Below, piece by piece: positions 56,095-64,000 of a stretch of 64,000 nucleotides of DNA (position 1 is the stretch's first letter; every line of letters starts with the position of its first letter). The stretch covers positions 8,750-72,749 of the forward strand of contig JAHPZE010000022.1 in assembly GCA_019058365.1 (NCBI GenBank). The letters run 5' to 3'. The notes beneath the pieces are model-generated. The model was not told where the DNA came from, did no database searches, and saw nothing but the letters and a program-made list of their open reading frames with translations. The DNA is from Promethearchaeota archaeon. Its GTDB lineage: Archaea; Asgardarchaeota; Lokiarchaeia; Sigyniarchaeales; SOKP01. The translations under genes were made by a program, and so were the position numbers.

Positions 56095-57834
56095 ATGCAA
56101 AAAATAAAAAGAAAATGGAAACATCACTGGTTTTTAATATCTTCAATTATATTTTTTATAATTTCTGTAAGTTCATTATATATTTTTAGATCTGAAAGCT
56201 ACTTAATTTATGAGAGGGTTGTTTTTAAATCATCAAATGCGACTCTTTATGCAAATCTGTATTATCCGATTAAAAAATTGGATTTTCAACAAAAAGCTCC
56301 ATTAATTATATTTGCCCACGGATTAGGGAGTCAAAGAGATTTGGATCCAAGAGTACCAAATGAATTTACTAAAAGAGGTTTCTATGTAGCAAGTATTGAC
56401 TATAGAGGAGATGGAGAGAGTGGAGGACATCTTTTAGATATAAATCCAAATCCATACATGAACCGAACAAATATTCCTGCTATAGCTCAAGATTGTTCTA
56501 GGTTATTAGATAGATTATCTCATATGTCTTTTTTTGCAAATATAAATATATCCCAAATTGGGTTAATTGGACATTCATTAGGGGGTATGGTGACTTTAAT
56601 GAATGGTGCTTTAGATGATAGATTTAAGGTGACTGTAACTTGGGCAGGGTTAGTTAACTTTTCTGCCAGTTTTTTTGGAATCACTGAGGATCATCCATTT
56701 ATGAATTTTGTTCCAGCTAAAATTATTAATGAAACTAATCCAGCAAATTTAATGGTTATTCAATCTATTTATGATACAACAGTTCCATTTGAAAGTAATG
56801 CTTTAGTTGCAAAAAATCTAACAAATTGTAAACTATTTGAAATTAAAACGCATTTATTCGGAGGGCCTCATTATCTATTTTCAGATGAAGTACTTTCTGA
56901 AACAATTAATTGGATTGAATTAAAATTCTTCAATTCAGAAACAATTAATGGTCCTATTAGATTATCTTATGTTATAAATTACATTTTACTCGGATTAAGC
57001 TTTATAGGATTATTTTTAACGACTTTATCAATCATGAAATATTCATTCAAATATTTTTCAATTAAAGATTATTCTAAAAGGGATAATATAGTAAAAGAAG
57101 GTGATAAAACAAAAAAAATCACAAATATAAGGAATTTTCTTATAGTCTGTTTATGCTTTATAGGCTTTCTAATGCTTTGGATACTAATGTTGAAATTTAT
57201 TGGAATATTTGGTTTACTTTTTACTCCTTTAATTTTCCTCCTTTTTTATTTTCTATATATCTTAATAAAATATATAATAACTGCTGAAGTTAAAGGTGAA
57301 AAAATAAGTCTATATATAGAATTAAGGTTGAAAGACGAAATTAAGTCTCAGTTTCGAAAAAATGTTATTTTGTATTCTTTATTTTCTTCTGGCGTATTTT
57401 TATCATTCTATATTATTTTTTCTCTTTCCTATCCATTTGCATTTTTTTCTCCAATAAATTTATTATCATATATTTTAACACTCGGAATTTATCCCTTTTA
57501 TTTAGCCATGGAAATTTTCTATAGAAAGATTATATATCCTAGACTCAAATTCATAATATCCCCTTCGCGTAAAACAATAATTACATCATTAATGGAAATG
57601 ATTAATATTGGTATTTTAGTATATTTTTCTAATCCATTATTTCTTATCAGTGGGATGCTAGTTACCTATTTGATATTTTTAGCAGTTATGGTAATGAACT
57701 CAATCATTTACGAAAGAACTAATAAATTCAGCTCTGTTATGATAAGTTCTTTTATAATTATACAAATATTTTTTGGTTCAGTTATCTCAACAATATTGGG
57801 ATTCGGTTCAATTGTAAGGTTGCTTCACATTTAA
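56095..57834 (+). CDS. Membrane-anchored alpha/beta hydrolase with C-terminal multi-TM domain
   Basis: N-terminal TM, AHGLG, DYRGDGESGG, GHSLGG nucleophile elbow, D.TVP and PH; about 7 C-terminal TMs. Confidence 0.85.
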   Translation: MQKIKRKWKHHWFLISSIIFFIISVSSLYIFRSESYLIYERVVFKSSNATLYANLYYPIKKLDFQQKAPLIIFAHGLGSQRDLDPRVPNEFTKRGFYVASIDYRGDGESGGHLLDINPNPYMNRTNIPAIAQDCSRLLDRLSHMSFFANINISQIGLIGHSLGGMVTLMNGALDDRFKVTVTWAGLVNFSASFFGITEDHPFMNFVPAKIINETNPANLMVIQSIYDTTVPFESNALVAKNLTNCKLFEIKTHLFGGPHYLFSDEVLSETINWIELKFFNSETINGPIRLSYVINYILLGLSFIGLFLTTLSIMKYSFKYFSIKDYSKRDNIVKEGDKTKKITNIRNFLIVCLCFIGFLMLWILMLKFIGIFGLLFTPLIFLLFYFLYILIKYIITAEVKGEKISLYIELRLKDEIKSQFRKNVILYSLFSSGVFLSFYIIFSLSYPFAFFSPINLLSYILTLGIYPFYLAMEIFYRKIIYPRLKFIISPSRKTIITSLMEMINIGILVYFSNPLFLISGMLVTYLIFLAVMVMNSIIYERTNKFSSVMISSFIIIQIFFGSVISTILGFGSIVRLLHI

Positions 57835-59108
57835 TTTGAGCTAGCTAAATTTTTAAAATTTTTATCGAGTAAAGTTATTAATAATCGAGTAACCTTGCAA
57901 ACTTCGAGAAGAATTTGGGGATCTACTTTATCAGGAGTGTCCTCAACACTATGAGTATAATTAGCAGCACTCCTAGTAGTTATATCAATAGAATCAAAAT
58001 TACGTAAATGAAAGGGAATTGAATCGGTGTGAGCCCCAAGTGATACATTAAATCCTTTCAAATTTATTTTTTCAATATTTGCAGCTTTCTTAAAATACTC
58101 ACTTAAAATTGGCGAAATTTTCTTTCTAGGGATAATACCATAAGATTTAATATATTCTATAATATTTTTTTTATGATTTTTATCTGAAACCATATCAAAA
58201 TTAATTTGAAAAGTAAAATCTTTAGCAAATTCATCTTCATAAACATCTAAAAATTCTCGGGAACCCATAGTTCCTATTTCTTCAGCTGAAAATTGGCAAA
58301 ACCATATATTGAAATTATCTAAGGGATGATTTTTAAAAAAAGTACTCAATTCGAATACAATTGACATACCTGTAGCATTATCCAAGGATCCTCTAGAATT
58401 ATTTCCTATCCTAAGAAGGAATAGAAGAAAATTTGAGAGCACAGTTAAAATAGTCATTATTAAAATAAATATTTCGAATAAAAGAACTAATTGCCTTACA
58501 TGTTCAGTAAGAAAATGATAATCTATTAAAAATAAGGTATAAAATAAAAATAAGAGAATTTCACTAAACAACCATACCCTAGCGAATATAATTCTCCAAA
58601 ATGTTTTGAAAGTTTGCGATTTTGAATCTAGATGAGCTGAAACAATAATATTTCCAACTTTTTTAGTTGAGTCCTTAATTACAGGTATCTTCACAAAAAC
58701 GTTTGTTGCATTAATGAATTTACCAAAGTATTTTTCCCAAAATCCTTTAAGTTCGGGGTGTTTTAATGCTTTAAACATTGAAAAAAAAATTAATAATAAA
58801 ATCAAAATGGTAAAAAAAGTAAGAAAACGATACAAGAATTTTATTAGAAGTATTATTAAGACAAATATTAAATTCAGCAGTATAATTATTTTAATCATTC
58901 CTTTTGAATAAAAAGATGAGAATTGAAAATTTTGAGTATTAATTTTATTTTCCTCAAAACCAATCTCTTTAAAAGTCGTGATAGTCAAATTGACTGCTTT
59001 TTTCTCCCCTTTTGTGCCAGCTAGTCTAGGAAAACTAAAATTCTCAACATAATTATACAACCGTTCTTTATTAAATGGAAGATCCTCTTGAGGTTTTATA
59101 TTTATCAA
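57831..59108 (-). CDS. M28-family peptidase with inserted TM hairpins
   Basis: PRLAGT.GE, SAHLDSK, GSLDNATG, SAEEIGTMGS, NFDMV, HTDSIPF, THSVEDTPDKV. Start codon uncertain (TTG). Confidence 0.85.
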   Translation of the reverse strand: MINIKPQEDLPFNKERLYNYVENFSFPRLAGTKGEKKAVNLTITTFKEIGFEENKINTQNFQFSSFYSKGMIKIIILLNLIFVLIILLIKFLYRFLTFFTILILLLIFFSMFKALKHPELKGFWEKYFGKFINATNVFVKIPVIKDSTKKVGNIIVSAHLDSKSQTFKTFWRIIFARVWLFSEILLFLFYTLFLIDYHFLTEHVRQLVLLFEIFILIMTILTVLSNFLLFLLRIGNNSRGSLDNATGMSIVFELSTFFKNHPLDNFNIWFCQFSAEEIGTMGSREFLDVYEDEFAKDFTFQINFDMVSDKNHKKNIIEYIKSYGIIPRKKISPILSEYFKKAANIEKINLKGFNVSLGAHTDSIPFHLRNFDSIDITTRSAANYTHSVEDTPDKVDPQILLEVCKVTRLLITLLDKNFKNLASSN

Positions 59109-59435
59109 GTTCGTTTTAATTTTTATTGATGTTAAAGATCTGTTTTATTTAATAAATAAAATATATTTTATGAAATTCAAATGTTTTGAGAAATGGTCCT
59201 TTTTATTTTTTTATTAGAATTGTTATATATTGAATAATATCAATAACATTAAACTATAAAATATTAATCTGTGATGAGATCATCAACAAAATAAAAGTTG
59301 AATTTGAATTATTTTAAAAAAAACTTGTTTTTCTTGTCTAAATACACTTAATATTTTCATCTAATAAATATAGTCAATATATTTTAATAGATAATTATTA
59401 TTTTTAGTTATAAAAGTTCAAAAAGGTGATTTAAT

Positions 59436-59912
59436 ATTTATAAGAAAATATTAATTGGGATTGACGGATCAGAACATTCATATAAAGCTATATTAAAAGC
59501 ACTAAAGTTTCAGAAATTGAGTGAAAGTGAAATAATTCTGTTTCATTCTGTAGAGCATCATGCTGAACCAACAGGTGGTATGTTACCATCACCGTTGTAT
59601 GGTATTCATCATATCTATAGTATTTCAGATCCAGAATTACAGAGAATAAAATTAGTATATGAAAAAAATGCCCAATCAATTATAGATAAAGCTAAGGAAA
59701 TCTTTAGAGAAGAAGGAATAGAAGTAGACGCGCGTTTAGTTTATAGAAATGATCCCGTTACATACATCAAAGAAACAGTAAAGACAGAAAACGTTGATCT
59801 GGTTATAATTGGCAGTAAAGGCACTCATTCTCTTCTTGAAGAAGTTTTACTAGGCTCTGTTGCAGAGAAAGTCTTAAGACATGTTCCTTGTGATATTTTA
59901 ATAATTAGATAA
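59436..59912 (+). CDS. Universal stress protein (N-terminally extended; probable ATT start)
   Basis: The frame extends upstream of TTG 59517 as (I)YKKILIGIDGSEHSYKAILKA, the canonical USP beta1-alpha1. C-terminal GSKG...LLGSVAEKVLRHVPCDILIIR. Confidence 0.85.
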   Translation: MYKKILIGIDGSEHSYKAILKALKFQKLSESEIILFHSVEHHAEPTGGMLPSPLYGIHHIYSISDPELQRIKLVYEKNAQSIIDKAKEIFREEGIEVDARLVYRNDPVTYIKETVKTENVDLVIIGSKGTHSLLEEVLLGSVAEKVLRHVPCDILIIR

Positions 59913-60098
59913 TGAGTTCTTAATTCTTTTTTTTTTAAATTTCCAGACATACTCTATATAGATATTATTTTAACTACAATTTATTACTATAGAAACTAAA
60001 ACATTTGATTTATTACCCTAAATTTTAAAAAGGATTGAGATTTAATAATTTTTTTTGAAAAAAAAAGTTTTATTGTAAAAAAAATAGGAAGTTATTTA

Positions 60099-62561
60099 TT
60101 AGAATTCATTTGTTAATTTTTTTGCATCTCTTCTGTTTAACCACTTTATTACTGCTGTCTTTAAGAAATTATTACCAACAAATACAAGCAAAGCAAATAG
60201 CCAAATAAAGCCTGCATATACCCAACCAATTGGGGGCATAAAAATCCCCACGGCAGCAAAAATGGTTGCTATTAATTGAGTTGATTCACAGGTTATAAAA
60301 AGTATTTTTGATGGGAAAGGTCTTTTCCAAAAGTTATCTCCTTCTGTTCGAGTAAGATATATTGTCATATGACCGGCAACTGCTAATTTTAAAAATATAA
60401 AAGTCTGAAGTGTTGCAATACCTAGTTGAAAAATGAATTTTCCAATTAAAAATACGGAAAAGCTAAAAAGAACTCCAGCTATGCCTAAAATGGAGGAAAT
60501 AATCAGAATTCTTTGCATTTTCCATCTAACTGGTTTTATAGCAACCCTTGTATTATCAAAAGCAATTGTCATTATTGGTAAATCATTTAAAAGAGCTAAT
60601 ATGACGATCATTATAGCAGTTATAGGGTATAATGCAAAAATTGTGATAGAAAGGACTAAGAAAATAAGAATTCGAACAGTTTCTGCAATTCTATATATAG
60701 CATAACTTTTCATTCTTTCAAAGATTTTTCGACTTTCTTGTGTAGCATTAATAATCACTGAGATACCAGGATCCGTCAATACTATATCAGCTGCGGATTT
60801 TGCTGCATCTGTTGCATTAGAAACTGCAATTCCAATATCTGCTTTTTTTAAGGCAGGAGCATCATTTACTCCGTCTCCTGTCATTCCAACAACATGGTCT
60901 TTATCTTGTAGAAGTTCTACGATGTGATATTTATGTTCTGGATACACCTCTGCAAATCCATCAGCATTCTCAACCAACCTAATAGTTTCAGGGTCATCTT
61001 TTCCAATAATTCCAGAAGATAATACAATATTTGATCCTATTCCTAGTTTTCCTGCTATTTGTTTTGCAATTTCTATATGATCACCGGTTACCATTTTTAC
61101 ATTTACTCCTAATGACTTGGCTGTTTTTATTGTATCCAAAGAATCTTCTCTTGGAGGATCATGAAGAGCAATAATTCCAATATACTCCCATGTATTTTGA
61201 TTATTAGATTTAGCTACTCCTAGAGCTCTAAATCCTGCTGATGCAAAATCCTTTCCTTGATTATTAACGATATTTTGAAGATCTTGATCATTTTTTACTA
61301 AGGATAAAATTACTTGAATAGCACCCTTAGAGACTTGAAATTCTTTATCATTTTCATCTTTTACTTTTGCTTCAGTCCTTTTCACAATAGGATCGAAAGG
61401 TTTGAATGATATTAATTGATATTTTGAAAATACTGAATTGATTTGTGTACTCTCCTTTATTTTATCAAAAAATGCATCATCAATTGGGTCTCTACTTTCT
61501 ACTTTTGATGCTAATCCTCCATAAAGAATTACATCTTCTTCTGTATAATTTCCAAAAGGTATAACTTTTGCTACAGAAATTTGATTTTTCGTAAGAGTTC
61601 CTGTTTTATCACAACATAGAACATCCATACTAGCTGCTTCTTCAATGGAAAGCAATTTACTAACGATTGCTTTTTTCTTAGCTAATTCTACTGCACCTAC
61701 TGCCATTGAAACCATCATAACAGCAGGTAATGCTACTGGGATTGCAGCTACCATTAAAACTAAAGCAAATTGGAGTAACTTGAAAAAACTTTCAGCTCTA
61801 ACAAGTCCAACGACTATGACTATTGCTACAAGTGCAATTGCTATAATGATAAGATAATTACCAATCTTAACAGTCGCTTTTTGAAAGTGGCTCCTAGTTT
61901 TTGCCTCTTCAACTAATTGTGTTGTCTTTCCAAAAAATGTATTTAATCCTGTTCCAACAACAACTCCGTCCATTTCACCTTGACGAATAATAGCACCTTC
62001 ATATCCGATATCTGAAATCTTTTTATCAACTGGTAATGATTCACCAGTTAATACAGATTCATCAACTGTGAGATATTCCCCACTGATTAATTTTACATCT
62101 GCTGGAATAATATCTCCTAATCTAAGATGCACAATATCTCCAGGAACTATTTCTCTCGCTTCTAGTTCAATCCAATTTCCATCTCGAAGAACCTCAGCTT
62201 TTAGTGCGAGTTTTTCTTTTAACAATTCTATCGCATTATCTGCTTTATTTTCTTCCCAAAACCGAACAATACCATTTATAAAAAGCATAGCAATAATTAT
62301 AGCAAAATCATCCCAATGCTGTATGATTATAGATAAAATAGCAGCAATCTCAATCATCAAAGGAATAGGACCCCAAAAATTTTTTAGAAATTTTACTAAT
62401 GGGCTAACTTTTTTCTCAGGAATTTCATTATAACCATATCTTTCTAATCTGGTTTTAGCCTCATTCTCACTTAACCCTTTATTGTTTGTTGAGAGGTTTG
62501 AATATATCTCATCTATACTTATATTTTTTGCTTGTTCAGAAGTTAAAATATTATTGACCAT
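60099..62561 (-). CDS. P-type IIIA plasma-membrane proton-efflux ATPase
   Basis: LTGESLPV, AIPVALP, CCDKTGTLT, KGA, DPPR, MVTGD, GFAEVYPEHK, GDGVNDAPALKKADIG, LLNDLPIMTIAFD. Confidence 0.93.
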   Translation of the reverse strand: MVNNILTSEQAKNISIDEIYSNLSTNNKGLSENEAKTRLERYGYNEIPEKKVSPLVKFLKNFWGPIPLMIEIAAILSIIIQHWDDFAIIIAMLFINGIVRFWEENKADNAIELLKEKLALKAEVLRDGNWIELEAREIVPGDIVHLRLGDIIPADVKLISGEYLTVDESVLTGESLPVDKKISDIGYEGAIIRQGEMDGVVVGTGLNTFFGKTTQLVEEAKTRSHFQKATVKIGNYLIIIAIALVAIVIVVGLVRAESFFKLLQFALVLMVAAIPVALPAVMMVSMAVGAVELAKKKAIVSKLLSIEEAASMDVLCCDKTGTLTKNQISVAKVIPFGNYTEEDVILYGGLASKVESRDPIDDAFFDKIKESTQINSVFSKYQLISFKPFDPIVKRTEAKVKDENDKEFQVSKGAIQVILSLVKNDQDLQNIVNNQGKDFASAGFRALGVAKSNNQNTWEYIGIIALHDPPREDSLDTIKTAKSLGVNVKMVTGDHIEIAKQIAGKLGIGSNIVLSSGIIGKDDPETIRLVENADGFAEVYPEHKYHIVELLQDKDHVVGMTGDGVNDAPALKKADIGIAVSNATDAAKSAADIVLTDPGISVIINATQESRKIFERMKSYAIYRIAETVRILIFLVLSITIFALYPITAIMIVILALLNDLPIMTIAFDNTRVAIKPVRWKMQRILIISSILGIAGVLFSFSVFLIGKFIFQLGIATLQTFIFLKLAVAGHMTIYLTRTEGDNFWKRPFPSKILFITCESTQLIATIFAAVGIFMPPIGWVYAGFIWLFALLVFVGNNFLKTAVIKWLNRRDAKKLTNEF

Positions 62562-62790
62562 CTATTGCACCTAATTAAGTTATAATCCGTAATTTTCAAT
62601 TTTTTAAGATAAATTTTTAAAAGTATCATTTTTGAAAGAGAAGAATTTCTTTATAAATATTTTATATAAATTTTATAAGTAGATTTTAAAGAAAAATCTT
62701 CTTGCATTTTCTTGCATTGAATTACTTGATGTATAATTCAAGTAAATTTATTAAAAAAATTTTAAATATTGATTCAAATATAGTGGAATT

Positions 62791-64000
62791 TTAATAAATA
62801 CTGCTTTTCCATATAGATTGTTTTACTAATTTATAAGATTTCAAAGAATATTCTTCCATCATACGATTTGTATTAAAATAAGCACCTAACTTAATTGCAT
62901 ATTTCATTCTTTCTTGCCATTCACTCTTATTTTGGTAAAATAGAGGGATAATTTCTTTTTCTAATTTATAATATAAATCTTCAGCATCAAAAGAATCATC
63001 TACAGTTAGTGCTTTCGGATCAGAAGGTTCAGGGCCAATCGCCCATCCTGCTTTTTTATCAGACATATAATAACCCTCTATCCACCATCCATCTAATGTG
63101 GATAAATTAAGAACTCCATTAATAGCAGCTTTCATCCCACTTGTCCCACTTGCCTCTAAGTATCTTCTAGGATTATTTAACCACAAATCTACTCCACTCA
63201 CTAACAATTTTGCTAATGTAATTTCATAATTTTCTAAAAATACAAGTCCTATACCGTATGAATTCCATAAATAATCACTATATTCATAAATCTTTTTTAT
63301 ATAAGATTTAGATTGCAAATCAGCAGGATGAGCTTTTCCAGAAAAAACTAATTGTGCTTTTTTCTGGATAATTTTGGTTAATCGCTCAAGATCAGTGAAA
63401 AGCAAGAGTGGTCGTTTATATTCAGCTATTCTCCGACCAAATCCTATTGTTAATAAAGTTTTATCAAACAAAATCCATGAATGTGAATTTTCATATTCAA
63501 TAAGACGATTTTTTGCTTTATTATGTGCTCTCCACAACTCATAACTATCTAAATTTAAAGCTCTTTCAAAAAGATCTAAATTATGATGCCAATCTCGTGA
63601 TAATTCCTCATTAAAAAAGTCTCTCATATATGGTGATAACCAATATCCGACATGAACTCCATTTGTTATAGGATTAATTTTATGGTTCGGAAACATTTTA
63701 TTTGAGACTTCAGCATGTTTTTTTGAAACTGCATTAATATAACTACTTGCATTTAACGCCAAAATAGTCATGTTGAGTATATTTTTTCCCCCAAATTCAT
63801 GGATGTTACCTGGTAGGCGATTTCGAAAGACATCGTATACTAAGTTATAATCAAATTCTTCAAGTCCTGCTCTTACAGGAGTGTGAGTCGTAAATACGCA
63901 GTGTTTTTTCACTTCCTCTAAATTTTTATATTTTTTTAAGAGTTCGATAATTTTTAATTTCCCTTCATCGACAAAAATATTTATAGCTTGTGGGTTTTGA
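62791..64000 (-). CDS. glgP: Alpha-glucan (glycogen/maltodextrin) phosphorylase, 5'-partial
   Basis: CVFTTHTP, NAVSKKH, ITNGVH, GFGRRIAEYKR, GKAHP, EASGTSGMKAAING, LDGWW.EG. Frame open to the window edge. Confidence 0.88.
   Translation of the reverse strand, partial: QNPQAINIFVDEGKLKIIELLKKYKNLEEVKKHCVFTTHTPVRAGLEEFDYNLVYDVFRNRLPGNIHEFGGKNILNMTILALNASSYINAVSKKHAEVSNKMFPNHKINPITNGVHVGYWLSPYMRDFFNEELSRDWHHNLDLFERALNLDSYELWRAHNKAKNRLIEYENSHSWILFDKTLLTIGFGRRIAEYKRPLLLFTDLERLTKIIQKKAQLVFSGKAHPADLQSKSYIKKIYEYSDYLWNSYGIGLVFLENYEITLAKLLVSGVDLWLNNPRRYLEASGTSGMKAAINGVLNLSTLDGWWIEGYYMSDKKAGWAIGPEPSDPKALTVDDSFDAEDLYYKLEKEIIPLFYQNKSEWQERMKYAIKLGAYFNTNRMMEEYSLKSYKLVKQSIWKSSIY

Noticed and set aside
59517-59519. 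TTG 59517 as the USP start
   Set aside because: It would delete the conserved first strand and helix of the USP fold, which are encoded in frame upstream.
36789-62433. Short antisense or overlapping ORFs inside the LRR, metabolic and ATPase genes (e.g. 43387-43731, 62068-62433)
   Set aside because: They are fully nested in well-supported genes and show typical antisense composition.

Overview
AT-rich archaeal DNA whose gene content and protein families (a characteristic N-terminal-domain LRR protein, GGTGA-type RBSs, archaeal GlmU/GlmD-type genes, an AGPS-like oxidoreductase) point to an Asgard/Lokiarchaeia-like genome; this assignment is inference. The first 35.6 kb is a single 5'-truncated ORF, open from base 3, of at least 11,884 aa. 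Its architecture is: (i) ~9,400 aa acidic, N-glycosylation-sequon-rich ectodomain (Ig-like, propeller-like, DNRLRE-like and three LamG/ConA-like repeats, several nested inside each other); (ii) DxDxDG Ca-binding-like motifs; (iii) several Gly/Ala-rich hydrophobic segments and a Gln-rich coiled coil; (iv) a ubiquitin/SAMP-like beta-grasp segment ending ...LYIMPLTAGAWGG; (v) a compositionally distinct, Lys-rich, sequon-poor ~1,445-aa C-terminal region. An LRR gene converges on it 17 bp downstream. The leading hypothesis is a giant surface-displayed effector or receptor whose C-terminal payload is released by Ubl-specific proteolysis. The rest is metabolic/housekeeping: AGPS-like oxidoreductase + Fe-S (GlpC-like) + FGGY kinase operon, glmM/GlmD-like/glmS/glmU cluster, GH13 amylase, 2-hydroxyacyl-CoA dehydratase subunit, site-2 protease, two USPs (one apparently with an ATT start), a membrane alpha/beta hydrolase, an M28 peptidase, a P3A H+-ATPase and a partial glucan phosphorylase. 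No rRNA, tRNA, CRISPR array or intact mobile element was recognised.
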